A stretch of DNA of 63,610 nt, counting the filler, from Octopus bimaculoides (lineage: Eukaryota): NCBI RefSeq assembly GCF_001194135.2. It is 4 parts of 4 records of this genome, joined end to end, with 100 filler letters (N's around TTAATTAATTAA, not from the genome) between each part and the next. Parts side by side here need not be neighbours in the genome. Positions count along the whole stretch, not along the records: positions 1 to 20,603 come from NC_068985.1; 3 more parts are not named here. The stretch is one strand, 5' to 3'. Shown piece after piece: positions 1 through 12,235 of this stretch; the first letter of the stretch is position 1, and the number at the start of each line of letters is the position of its first letter. The notes under the pieces are model-generated. The model was given only the letters and a program-made list of their open reading frames with translations, had not been told where the DNA came from and searched no databases. The position numbers were made by a program, and so were the translations under genes.

Positions 1-1020
1 AACCTCACGCCATAAATAAGGAATCAGGGGACCCTGTCAAAGGCTTTCTCCATGTCAATGAAAGCTAGGTACAGAGGTTTATCTTTGGCTAGGTATTTCT
101 CCTGCAGCTGTCTTACCAGAAATATAGCCACAGTGGTGTTTTTCCCTAGCACAAACCCAAACTGCATCTCATCTAAACTAACTCTCTCCCTAATTAGTCG
201 GACTATCACCCTCTCCATGACCTCAACTTGATATTCATATCTAATGCATCACCTTTACCTTTGTAGCAGTTGACTATGGTGCTCCTACACCAGTCATTGG
301 GTATGACTCCTTCATGTATCACCTCATTGACTATACAGATCACTAGACTATAGCCAACACCGTCAGATAATTTAAGCATCTGTGCAGTGATTCCTGATGG
401 GCCGGGGGCTTTCCTTGTCTTCATACCCTTAATTGCTTTATCTACCAAAGTCCTGTCAATTCGGATAGCTGGCCCCTCTGTTGGGACAACATTCAGCAGA
501 CTCTCTTTCTCTCATTCATTCTTCTTATTGAGCAACCTTTCATAGTGGCATCTCCAAGTCTCTTTCTTTGTAGTCTCATTAAATGCAAGTGGGCTATCAT
601 CTATGCGGACACATTTCTCTCCAATGACATCACGATTCTCTCTCACACACTGTCTTGCAGCACAAAACACTTCAAGTCTTTGGTCCTCAAGATGCAGAAC
701 ATTGGCAAATTTTTCTCATCTGCTTCCCCTCTGGCTACGTAAACCTGTTCCTTAGCTTCCCTTCTGGCAATCTGATACAATTCCCTGCTACCACCACACT
801 TCCAGTCCTTCCATGCCTGTTTCTTTTCCCTGATGGCCTTGTCAACTACATTGTTCCACCATCATGTTACTTTGGGTCAAGAGGGGACTTTGCACCATCC
901 ACAGATCTGGTCAGTAGCCCTCAACAGGTTGTCCCGTAGGAACCTCCAGCTGTCTTCCACATCATGTGATGCTATATCCTCCCCTATTTCATCAAAAGCT
1001 TCAAGTAATACACCTCTAAA
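1..1020 (-). mobile_element. Degenerate RTE-clade LINE fragment (linker plus N-terminal RT)
   Basis: Minus-strand peptides LDEMQFGFV..GKNTT.AIFLVRQLQEKYLAKDKPLYLAFIDMEKAFDRVP, KAPGPSGITAQMLK..IPNDWCRSTIVNCYKGKGD and WWNN..KAIREKKQAWKDWK; nearly colinear with the plus-strand copy at 49760-50500; frameshifted. Confidence 0.9.
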
Positions 1021-1409
1021 TCTCTATATATACACATATACACACACACACATACACAAACACACACATATATATATATACATATAGAGTCATACAGAAA
1101 ATGTGTAGTAGCATCCAACAATTTGAACTAACACTCTGAAATCTTTATTAAAAACTAAGTCCACAGAGTAAAGTGTGGCTGTAAGTGGTGAATTGGCAGC
1201 AAATCGGCGTCAAATCCTACCACTGTCTTGGGCGACAAGGAGACGACTTTATATCTAGCATGGGCCACCTACGTGCATGTCGCTGACTACATGCTTCCAA
1301 GCCATCAAGTCTGCATGCTTCACCACCTTCCCATCAACACAGGACTTCCGAATATAAAAAAAAAGAAACTAAAAATATATAAATATATACTAAAAATGAA
1401 GAAAATATA

Positions 1410-1500
1410 AAATATATACTAAAAATAAGTTAAATATATACTAAAAATAAGTTAAATATATACTAAAAATAAGTTAAATATATACTAAAAACAAGATAAA
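1410..1500. repeat. 22-bp minisatellite (AAATATATACTAAAAATAAGTT), about 4 copies
   Basis: Unit read directly; degenerate copies flank it. Confidence 0.85.
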
Positions 1501-1964
1501 TATATATAGGGGGAAAGAAAAAAATGTACATATCGAACAGAGGTCGGCAATGCCTGTACAGAGTTTTAGGTCCAATAAGGCTTGCACAACACCTCATAGA
1601 CCCTCTCCACTTTATTGACATTATCCAGAGACAAGCCAGAGCAAGATGTCTGGTGCCAATATGAGTCACAGGTTCAGGGATGTGGGAGTGCCGTGATCTC
1701 TAGCACAAACCAAAGACCCCCAAAATGTCCAATGCCATTCCCTGCATATCTGGTTTTATATCAGAGTGACCTTCTCCTAGAGACATGCTTCAACAAAAGC
1801 TGAGGGGTACCTCACTCCCAGTGGTCTTTCAGCATGCTGGACACCAACCTGCAATTTCTGCGTACCCATGCTATTGCTAGATAGCCGTTGAGCTTGCACT
1901 ATGTCCATCCAAGCTTTCAAAAAAAAAACATACCTACATACATACATACACATATATATATATG

Positions 1965-2318
1965 GTGGTACATAAAATACACCATCCAAATGTGGTCGAT
2001 GCCAGTGCCCACTGACTGGCTCCCATGCCGGTGGCATGTAAAAAGTACGAACGTGATCGATGCCAGGGCCATCTGACTGGCTCCTGTGCTGGTGACACAT
2101 AAAAAGCATCATCCGAACATGGCTGATGCCAGTGCCTCCTGACTGGCTCCTGTGGTTGGTGTTAGGAAGGGCATCCAGCTGTAGAAACATTGCCATATCA
2201 GATTGGATCCTGATGCAGCCACTGGCTTTCCAGACCTCAGTCAAACCGTCCAACCCATGCCAACATGGAAAATGGACGTTAAACGATGATGATGGTGATG
2301 ATGATGATGATGATGATG

Positions 2319-2320
<2 letters not shown>
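1965..2320 (+). mobile_element. RTE LINE 3'-tail copy (about 3 hairpin-unit repeats, conserved tail, (GAT)n)
   Basis: Shares GTTAGGAAGGGCATCCAGCTGTAGAAAC and AAACCGTCCAACCCATGCCA.CATGGAAAA.GGACGTTAAACGATGATGAT with the ends of the RTE copies at 49615 and 51865. Confidence 0.85.
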
Positions 2321-2356
<36 letters not shown>

Positions 2357-3195
2357 TTGTATGGAAAGAGGTTGTTCTATCCAAGCATACACCAGTATAC
2401 ACTCTATATGATTAATGACATTGGAAGTTGCATATGTGTATATGTACTAGAGTTTATCATTGGTTCTTCTTCGATATTAGTGCCTTATACTTCTGAAATT
2501 CTAGTTGTCTCTATAGAGGTTTCCATTATTTTCAATACAGGAGAAAAAATTTTAACAATATAAATAAAAATGGAGAATACATACAGAGGATAATCAATAT
2601 ATATATTAATTAATTATCATAGTCAATTCATATTGCCTACGTGACATTTCAGTTTGTTGCTCCATCTAAATTTGCACATTTAAATGCTTTATGAAGTTGA
2701 AAGCAAATACTTCTTCAGGGCAAATTCATTTCCATTTGAATTGTAGCATGTATGTCTTGGATATATACATATATGCATACATACATACAAATATATATAT
2801 ATATATNNNNNNNNNNNNNNNNNNNNNNNNNNNNNNNNNNNNNNNNNNNNNNNNNNNNNNNNNNNNNNNNNNNNNNNNNNNNNNNNNNNNNNNNNNNNNN
2901 NNNNNNNNNNNNNNNNNNNNNNNNNNNNNNNNNNNNNNNNNNNNNNNNNNNNNNNNNNNNNNNNNNNNNNNNNNNNNNNNNNNNNNNNNNNNNNNNNNNN
3001 NNNNNNNNNNNNNNNNNNNNNNNNNNNNNNNNNNNNNNNNNNNNNNNNNNNNNNNNNNNNNNNNNNNNNNNNNNNNNNNNNNNNNNNNNNNNNNNNNNNN
3101 NNNNNNNNNNNNNNNNNNNNNNNNNNNNNNNNNNNNNNNNNNNNNNNNNNNNNNNNNNNNNNNNNNNNNNNNNNNNNNNNNNNNNNNNNNNNNNN

Positions 3196-3196
<1 letters not shown>

Positions 3197-3275
<79 letters not shown>

Positions 3276-3295
3276 ATAATAATAATAATAATAAT
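3197..3295. repeat. (GATA)n followed by (TAA)n microsatellite at a gap edge
   Basis: Read directly; many other (AT)n, (CA)n and (ATCT)n tracts occur throughout the window. Confidence 0.95.
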
Positions 3296-4099
3296 ACAAA
3301 TAATATGTGAGTATATGCATATATATGTACATGTATGTACATACCTACATCTACATGTATATATAGATGCATATCTGGGTACAGGAAAAAAACGTGGACA
3401 AAATGAAAAACAGAACATAAACAGAGCACAGAAAACAAACAGGCCACATAGAGAATATTTCCTTCATCAGCTATAGACAAAATTAATAGAAGTCACAAAA
3501 GTGGCAGAGGGTACTGACCAGCACCAGCTATTACTAGAAACAAGAGTTAAAACGACTCCAAAGCCACAAAGCACTGTATTTAATGACTGACAAAGGGAGG
3601 TAAGTCCCCAGCTTACATAGATCAAACAATTTTGGATTTTGATGCATAGCATCTTAATCCTTGTCAGCGACTCTTAATACCTAGAGTTAAACTCAACTAC
3701 CTCTGTCAGTCTTATAAGAAAAACTGTTGTGCATGTGTATAGTGTATGCTTGTGGGCAAAAGTTATGTGTGTCTATGCATGTTGCATGTGTTTATGTGTA
3801 GGTGTGGGAGTGTACATGATGGTGTGTGGTGTGTGTACTAAGTTGAACACTGTGTAGGGGTGCTTGTATAGTGGTATGTGTGGTGACGCTATTGAAGAGT
3901 GTGTGGATAATGGTGTGTGGTGTGGGTGCTGAAAAGTGTTTGGTGCTAGTGTGTGTGGAGTGGGAAGGTGTTTGTAGGTGTGTGTGTGTAATGGTGTGTG
4001 AAGTGAGTAATGAGTTGAACAGTGTGTATGGGTGTTTGCATAATGGTGTGTGTGTGGTGAGGGTACTGAGGTAGGTGGTATGCAGGTGTGCAGGTGGAG

Positions 4100-5108
4100 G
4101 GGAGGAGCACCTGAATGTAGGAGGTGTGCGAGGTGGTGTCAGATGAAGACAGGTAGCAAGTTGAGCCCATAAGGAACAAAAGAAGAAGCTTAATTCCTGT
4201 TCACGGCAAAGGTGAGAGTCCAAACACAGACAGATGTTGTAGCGAATGACTGGTAGAGCAGAAGTGACCTGAAACCAGGGTATCATTGCCAAGTCTGATG
4301 TCTTGGAGGTGCTCCATGAACCAGTCAGCCAAGTGGCATCCCATTTGACCAATGTACTGGGAAGGACAAAGAGAGCAGGAGATGTAGTAAATAACATTAC
4401 TAGAGGTACCGGTAAAGGAGTCAGTGATGTGATAGGGGCGGTGATGGGTGCCAGTGAGGATAGTGGTGTTGGAGAGGTAGGGGCAGATGCAACAGTTTCA
4501 GTGAGAGCAGGGGAAAGAGCCAGGCTGAGAGACAGGGGTAGGGAAGAAACTGTGGACCAGGAGGTTATGCAGGTTTTGGGCTTGTTTGAAGGAGAGAAGG
4601 AGTGGGTTAGAGAAGATGTGTGAGGTGAAAGGGTCAGGCTGGAGTCACGAGAAGGCTCAGAGAATAGTGTGTTGGAGTGGTGATAAGTGAAGGGAAGCAG
4701 CAGACAGGTAAGAGTGGGGCAGGTGCAAGAGGAAAGAGCAGTGGCACAGTCCACAGATTGTGCCCAGACAAGGACAGGGTAGATAATGGTGAGGGGATAT
4801 CCATGTAGGGTGAAGTAGTGAGCCATGAGTTGAGACTAGGTCTCAAAGTCATGGTCGTCACTGCAGAACCTGCATAGACAGGGGAATTGGAAGTTGGGAA
4901 TCAGGAGCTTGGTGTGGGTAAGGTGGGAGGAGGACAAATTAAGATAAAAGTGTGAGTCTGTGTGCTTGTAATAGATGGATGTGTTGAGAGCAGAGTGGTG
5001 TATGCAGACAGAAATGTTGAAAAATTCAACAGAAGAGTTAGAGGCAGTGCAGGAGAATTCAAAGGCAGGATGGAAAGATTGGATGGGAGGGAGTCAAGAT
5101 GATATATA
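4100..5108 (-). mobile_element. Degenerate Penelope-like retroelement (C-terminal RT plus GIY-YIG endonuclease), 5'-truncated
   Basis: Manual minus-strand translation: FHPAFEFSCTASNSSVEFFNISV..TSIYYKHTDSHFYL..SSH; MAHYFTLHGYP; PYHITDSFTGTSSNVIYYISCSLCPSQYIGQMGCHLADWFMEHLQDIR (VIY...YIG motif). Confidence 0.85.
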
Positions 5109-5219
5109 TATGATGATGATATATCATCTTGACTCCTTCCTGTCCAATCCTTCCATTCTGTCCTCGAATTCTCCTGCGCTGTCTCTAATTCTTCTGTTGA
5201 ATTTCTCAACATTTCTGTC

Positions 5220-5288
<69 letters not shown>

Positions 5289-5309
5289 GAGAATATACAA
5301 ATAATAACA

Positions 5310-5470
5310 ACAGACGAGGACAGGTGGTGTAAATAACAAAAGTATATATTAGTATGACGCTCGGGAATACGGAAAGTCTTTGACGTTTCGAGCTACGCTC
5401 TTCAACAGAAAGAATACGGAGACAAGGAGAAAAACACGGAGAAAAAAAATTGAATAGTGTTCAGTCAACG
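5310..5470 (-). mobile_element. Penelope-type terminal repeat fragment containing a hammerhead-like motif
   Basis: Similar to 43320-43480; minus strand reads TCTTT-CTGTTGA-A-GAGCGTAGCTC-GAAAC-GTC-AAAGA; lies just upstream of the Penelope body. Confidence 0.65.
5377..5413 (-). ncRNA. Candidate minimal hammerhead ribozyme with variant core CUGUUGA
   Basis: Stem I UCUUU/AAAGA, stem II GAGC-GUA-GCUC, GAAAC and a GUC cleavage triplet are all present; the conserved A6 is U. Confidence 0.5.
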
Positions 5471-5893
5471 GTCAATCATATATATATATATATATATATA
5501 TAAGAAAGAAAGAAAGAAAGAAAGAACAAGTGAAACATGTGATATCCCTTTAGAATATATAATACCCTTAATAAAGGATATTAGTAGTTGCAAGTTCTGT
5601 CATCAAAGAATTAAGGAATATCCTTAGTAAAAGATAATAGTAGGTACCAATTCCATCATTGAATACTACTCGTGTTTTTTACTAAGGATATTCTTTAATT
5701 CTTCAGAGTTGGCTTGTATGAAAATCTTTGCATAATGATTTATACAGCATTTGCACAGCAATTCTAGAAACAGTATTATTTCTTAATCCCTTATTTACTC
5801 TAACAACTCTGCACTGCAGTTACATTTGAATCATAAATTACATGCTCTAAAGTAATACCACATGTTTTGCTTGTTCTTTTTTCCTTTCTAAAA

Positions 5894-5926
<33 letters not shown>

Positions 5927-5949
5927 ATTCAATGAAAAACCACTTATTC

Positions 5950-7150
5950 AAGGATGTGCTGAAAAGGTCATAGGTTGGCTATGAAGTGTAATGCTAAAGC
6001 TGTGAAATCTTGCATGCTTTAATTTCAACACTTATTAATAACTGCTTGTTTTGTGCCAAGTAAACTAACATCTCACTGTTCAAAGAAGATTTCAAAAGTA
6101 ACTAGTAGCAACTTCTCTTGAAAATGGACAAAATTCGGTATTGTGGTGTTATCAAGGACCTGCAGAAAAAGTATGTTCCCAAGGACATCCAAACTGACAT
6201 GGTTGATACGCTCCAACTTTATCAATAATGCAAAAGTGGGCAACTGAATTTAGGAGGTTAAGGAAGAGTCTGCCACCAGACGAAAACATCAATCATGTTC
6301 ACCACAAGGTGATGAATGACAGGCAATTGACTATAAATCAAATAGCCAGTGCTATTCACATATCCCATGAGAGAGTTGTGAATATTCTGCACAATGAACT
6401 TAACATGATGAACGTTTCTGCTCAGTGGGTACCATGTTCTCTGACACCTGATCAAAAGCACACCAGGCTGATCACATCACAAGAAAATCTGATATTGTTT
6501 GAACCAGACCCAGCTAGTTTCCTTGAATGTTTTCCCAAGCTGCTCAAGTGTTGGGTTCATCACTTTGAGCCAGAAACAAAGAGACAATACACACAGTGGA
6601 AACACTCACTCCTCACCTACTCCAAAGAAGGCCAAAGTTGTTTCATCTGCAGGGAAGATGATGACTTCTGTTTCTTGGGATGCAAAAGGCATTGTGTTTA
6701 ATGACTATCTTAAAAAGGGCCACACCAACTTGCTGAGGTAATTACAAAAGCCTATCAGGACCAAATGCCCAAGAAAACTGGCAAAAGATGTCTTCTTTCA
6801 TCAAGACAATACTCCAGCATACATGTCCTTGCTTTCAATGGCTGCTGTGTGTAACTGTGGCTTTGAATTGGTTGATCACCCCACCCCTAATCTGATATTA
6901 CCACATCGAACTATCATCAGTCCCCCAACAGATGATAGTCAAAAGCAGGATTGCAATGATGATGATGTCATATCTACTGTTGATGACTGTTTTGGCCAAC
7001 AGAATAAAAGTTTATTCAGCAAAGGGATTCAAGCACTGCAACACTGATGGAAGATATGTGTGAACTGCAAAGAGGAACTATATTGAAAAATAAACCTCAT
7101 CTGATCACATTCCATGAGAGTATCTTGGTCAGCCTCTCAACTTTTCAGCC
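5950..7150 (+). mobile_element. Degenerate mariner DNA transposon (probably irritans-like)
   Basis: Peptides WVPCSL (WVPRxL motif), HHFEPETKRQ, SAGKMMTSVSWDAKGIV, FHQDNTPA; imperfect TIRs GCTGAAAAGGTCATAGGTTGGC (5959) and the reverse complement of GCTGAAAAGTTGAGAGGCTGAC (about 7147); frameshifted. Confidence 0.9.
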
Positions 7151-7278
7151 ATCATAACCAGTCGTTGCTAGGCAGCTACAGCACTTTTGTTTTATGTTTT
7201 AGTTGCAGTTTAGGTCAGAGTTTTAGTAGTAAATCAACATGAGCACTTATCATACATACCCTTTATATATACATACAT

Positions 7279-7317
<39 letters not shown>

Positions 7318-7384
7318 CATACATACATACATACATACATACATACATTACATACATATATATATATATATACACACACAAAAC

Positions 7385-7660
7385 ATTGAACTGACTCCTG
7401 TGCAGGTGGCACATAAAAAACACCATTTGAGCATGGCCATTGCAAGTACTGCTGGACTGGCCCTCGTGCTGGTGGCACGTAAAAAGCACCCACTACACTC
7501 TCGAAGTGGTTGGCGTTAGGAAGGGCATCCAGCTGTAGAAACTCTGCCAGATCAGATTGGAGTCTGGTGTAACCACCTGGTTCACCAGTCCCCCAGTCAA
7601 ACCGTCCAACCCATGCTAACATGGAGAATGGACGCTAAATAATGATGATGATGATGATGA

Positions 7661-7662
<2 letters not shown>
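7385..7662 (+). mobile_element. RTE 3'-tail copy (about 1.5 hairpin units plus tail)
   Basis: Same tail motifs as 1965-2320, ending in (GAT)n. Confidence 0.85.
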
Positions 7663-7731
<69 letters not shown>

Positions 7732-7732
<1 letters not shown>

Positions 7733-7885
7733 CAAGCTTCTCTCAGTTTCCATCTATCAAATCCCCTGACAAGGTTTTGGCTGGCCCAGGACTATAGTAG
7801 AAGGCATCTAACCAAGGTACCACATAGTGGAACTGAATCCAAAAATATGTGGTTGGGAAGCAAACTTTGTAACCATATAGGAATG
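7732..7885 (-). mobile_element. tRNA-derived SINE, family D, 5' part
   Basis: Similar to the head regions of 45935-46332 and 59622-59962. Confidence 0.6.
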
Positions 7886-8130
7886 TTTGCCCCTACAGTA
7901 TTTCAAATAAACATTTTATAAAATATAACAAATTTTTTGTAATCACTTCATTTATATTTTTTGTTTACTCTTTTTATTTTGTAGTTAGCTTTCAATCAGA
8001 GTCTATCTCAGCTGTGTTTAAATTTACAATGTCTGCAAGGTGCCAATTCCTGTAGCGAGCAACATGCTGCACATAAGACATCATGTGGAAATAAAAAGGT
8101 TGGCAAATTTTCCTTCTTTCTTTTGGCTAG

Positions 8131-10586
8131 GTATTATTATTATTATTATTATTATTATTTATAGTCTTCACACAGCTTCTGATACTGCTGATGTACTACA
8201 GTGCCAGCTGTTCACTACCACTAACTAAGATAACACCCCTTATTTTTCAAGCACCATCCAGAGTATTCAAGTGGTTACAAGCAGTGCAGTTTTCTGCAAG
8301 TGCTCCACCCTTATTGCAGCCCCTATATGTTCCATGTACTTCTCAAGATTTTTACTCACTGTTCCCAGGCCTCTAACAATTATTGGTACTACTACCACCT
8401 TTTTCAGCAACCACAACTACTTAACCTCCCAAGCTAACCTGGCATATCTATCAACTTTTCTTTCTTCCTTATCACATACGTTGCTGTCAGCTGGGCATGC
8501 TATATGTATGATCCAGCATCTTTTGCTTTCTTTCTCAATTAAGACTATGTCTGGCTTCCTATTCCCCATCTCATAGTCACACTTAATCATAAAATCCCAC
8601 AGGATCTTTGCATTATCATTTTCAATGATGCCTTCGGGTTTGTGGTCATACCAATTTTTTTCTCCTTCAAGTCCATACTTGTTGCAATGTGTCCAGTGGA
8701 CATGCCTTGCTATATTGTTGTGGCATCTCTTATATTCCTTCTGGGCTAGTGGCGTACATTGGCTGGTAATATGACATATGGTTTCACCATTTTGTCCACA
8801 AATTCTGTGGTTGCTCTTGGGCAGCACAGTTTTAAATCACTTTTAGTCATTCACAGCTTGTCTTATCTTCAACATCCCTATGAAATTGTCCATGCATTCT
8901 TTTCTTTACCCACCTATTTTCCATTTCATTCGTTTTCAATTGCTTGTGCAGTGCTTTATCTTTGCAATCCTTCATTCTGCACAAGCCTGACCATCTTACT
9001 TCTAATAATAACAGCTCTGTGGCATTTTTTACAAACCAAGCTATGTTGTTTTCTTCTACTCTAATGCTGTATTTGCATCCAATAAGTTCTCTTCCCCCTC
9101 TTTATCTAGGTACATACAGGCTGTCTGTGTCACTTTTGGGTGGAGTGTCCCATATCTAGTTAGCAATTTCCTTGTCTTTCTGTCTAAGCTGTTTAGTTCA
9201 TCTACTGTCCATGCGATTACTCCTGCTCCATATCTAAGGAGTGAAACCACCTAGGTAATCTTATTTCATCCATTTAATTTCGACTTAAGGATCAGTTTCA
9301 GTCTACGCAAGTACTCCACCTTAAATTTTTCTGTCATTTCTTTCTCCATCAATTTATCCATTTCCAAAATCCCCAAGTACTTATATCCCATCTCTTCTAT
9401 CTGCTTCATAACCTCCCCCGATGGTATTGTTAGCCTGTCCATACATTTGATTTTCCTCTCTTCAAGACTAACACACCACACTTTCTCAATCTGAACTCCA
9501 TTCTGATATCAGCACTGAAAGTATATACTGTATCAACGAGGGAACTGACTTGGGCTTCATCTTTACCATAAAGTTTCAGGTCATCCATGAATAACAAATG
9601 GTTGACTTTTTGTTGGCGGCTTTTGAATACATACCCAGCTTTTGCTTTCCTTAGTGGTATCAAGCACAGTACAAAGATCAGTGGGGACAGGCAGCCCCCT
9701 TGGATGATGCCCCTCCTAATTTCCACTGTCCCTAAACTTCTTCCGTATGCTGTCAGGTCTGTCCTCTAATTTGCCATACTTTTTCCAAGCAATCACTCAA
9801 CATTCAATGCAATACCAAACAGGTTCATACATTCCATAATCCAAGAATGTGGAATCATATCGTATGCATTACAATAGTTGATCCATGACATGGCTAAGTT
9901 ACTTTTACTCCTCTTGCAGTCTCTAAGTACAGTTTTGTCTATCAGGAGTTGATCCTTGGTACCTCTACACTTACGCTTGCAACCTTTCTGCTCATGTGGT
10001 GGGACTCCATTATTTTCCAGATGTTCGTACGTTGACTCTGCGAGTATTCCAGTCAATAACTACCACATAAGTGGCAAACAGGATATCGGCCTGTAATTGT
10101 CTACCGAATTGCCTTTTTTGATGTTTTTCAGGCACAGCACTATCCAACCCAATGTCAACCACTCTGGTGTTACTTGGTCAGCATCTAACAAGGTGTTGAG
10201 TTGCGCAGTTATTCATGCATGACATTCACCAAATCTTTTGATCCAGTATCTTTGAACTCCATCTGGTCCTGGGCCTTCTAGTTGCTCATTTTTTTGCTGA
10301 TTTCCTTCACTTCCCTAACTGAAATGACTAGTTCTGCCTGTTTTGGATAGACTACTGTTTGTTTCAGTTCTTGCAACCATTCAGCATCCTTCTTGTGCTC
10401 CTTGTCTTTGCTCCAGATGTCACTCCAAAATCTTTGACTTTCAATGTTATCTGGTATCAACTTTTCATCTGTACACTCTCCCATTATTTCTTTATAGAAT
10501 TTCTTCTGATCTACTCTGAATAACCTATTCTGCTGGTAACCCTTCCTTCTTTGGTCATATCTTACGATCTTTGCTTTCTTTGTAAC
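8131..10586 (-). mobile_element. R4/Dong-like non-LTR retrotransposon (RT, CCHC, restriction-like endonuclease), degenerate, (TAA)n tail; 5' part lost in gap
   Basis: GTKDQLLID; GIIQGGCLSPL; HLLFMDDLKLY; CRICGQ..ETICHITSQC..LAQKEY; KILWDF...RKPDIV; C-terminal VVPIIVRGLGTV..LQKTALL; tail (TAA)n at about 8131-8160. Confidence 0.88.
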
Positions 10587-11244
10587 NNNNNNNNNNNNNN
10601 NNNNNNNNNNNNNNNNNNNNNNNNNNNNNNNNNNNNNNNNNNNNNNNNNNNNNNNNNNNNNNNNNNNNNNNNNNNNNNNNNNNNNNNNNNNNNNNNNNNN
10701 NNNNNNNNNNNNNNNNNNNNNNNNNNNNNNNNNNNNNNNNNNNNNNNNNNNNNNNNNNNNNNNNNNNNNNNNNNNNNNNNNNNNNNNNNNNNNNNNNNNN
10801 NNNNNNNNNNNNNNNNNNNNNNNNNNNNNNNNNNNNNNNNNNNNNNNNNNNNNNNNNNNNNNNNNNNNNNNNNNNNNNNNNNNNNNNNNNNNNNNNNNNN
10901 NNNNNNNNNNNNNNNNNNNNNNNNNNNNNNNNNNNNNNNNNNNNNNNNNNNNNNNNNNNNNNNNNNNNNNNNNNNNNNNNNNNNNNNNNNNNNNNNNNNN
11001 NNNNNNNNNNNNNNNNNNNNNNNNNNNNNNNNNNNNNNNNNNNNNNNNNNNNNNNNNNNNNNNNNNNNNNNNNNNNNNNNNNNNNNNNNNNNNNNNNNNN
11101 NNNNNNNNNNNNNNNNNNNNNNNNNNNNNNNNNNNNNNNNNNNNNNNNNNNNNNNNNNNNNNNNNNNNNNNNNNNNNNNNNNNNNNNNNNNNNNNNNNNN
11201 NNNNNNNNNNNNNNNNNNNNNNNNNNNNNNNNNNNNNNNNNNNN

Positions 11245-12235
11245 CTCTCCAGCCTTCATCAGGTGTCTTGGGGAAATTTCAAACCTGGGTTCTCATTCCT
11301 AAGGTATTTTTCGATGTTATTATTATTATTATTTCAGAATTTGGCTTTAGGATCAACACCACTAAAACCAACCCTATGGCTACGATATGTTGATAACACC
11401 TTTATACTCTGGCCCCACCAGAAAGATGTCCAAGTGCTGTTAGATCATATGAACTCAACAAAGCCATCCATACAGTTCACAATGGAAAAGGAAAAAGACA
11501 ATCAGCTAGCATTACTGGACATATTAATAACATGTACCAAGTATGGGTTCAGGACATCTGTATACTGCAAGCTGACTTTCACTGGACGATACCTCAACTT
11601 CAATTCCCACCATCCATACAGTGTAAAAAGAGGGATTGCTCAGTGCCTAAAACATCAAGCAAAGACTATAAGTAGCAATTGTGATACACCCCACAAAGAA
11701 ATGATCAAGCTCAATAATAATCTATTAAGCAACAACTACCCGCAAAAACATACTATCCACTCCAATTATGAAGAAAAGAGAGTATGAAGCCAGTAAACTG
11801 CCCACAGTCTGTCTACCCTATGTGAAAGGCCTCTCCAAAAAGATACAAAAGATATGTGGCCCATATGACATCTGAACAGTATTCAAGAGTAATACAACAC
11901 TTCGCAAATATTTCCTTCAAGTAAAACCACCAATAGAAGAGAATATGACCAAAGACTGCATCCCATGCAGCTGTGGTAGCTTATACAAAGGTGAAACATG
12001 CATTCCTTCAAAATAAGAGTAGACGAACATCGCAAAGCTGTGACATGAGGAGATATTGATAAATTGGGTATAGTATGGAAAAATGGAGACCACCTCCCCC
12101 TGTAGGATGAAGTTAAAAAATAGACAGAGAACACCACTGGAAAATATGAAAACTAAAAGAAGCAGCACATGTGCTAGGACACAACCTCCTAAGCAGACCA
12201 AGTGCAGATATGAGTAGCATATGGGATATTTTCAG
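11245..12235 (+). mobile_element. Penelope-like element (RT C-terminus plus GIY-YIG) with an inverted terminal-repeat piece at its 5' end
   Basis: WLRYVDNTF..SIQFTMEKE..LDILI..FRTSVYCK.TFTGRYLNFNSHHP; CLPYVKGLS; IPCSCGSLYKGET..KIRVDEHR; 11245-11340 is opposite-strand and carries CTGATGA-A-GGCT. Confidence 0.88.

Noticed and set aside
1530-1880. Unique-looking block with a motif reminiscent of LINE 5' UTRs (GACCTTCTCCTAGA..AAGCTGAGGG)
   Set aside because: No second copy in the window and no ORF; family assignment cannot be supported.
2689-3480. Long ORFs through N gaps and (AT)n, (CA)n, (GATA)n tracts (also 10551-11393, 24100-25500, 43665-44250)
   Set aside because: Artefacts of Ns and microsatellites.
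3792-4826. 344-aa S/T/P/H-rich ORF as a mucin-like gene
   Set aside because: Only its start is in the Penelope RT frame; the rest is out-of-frame Penelope and CA-rich sequence.
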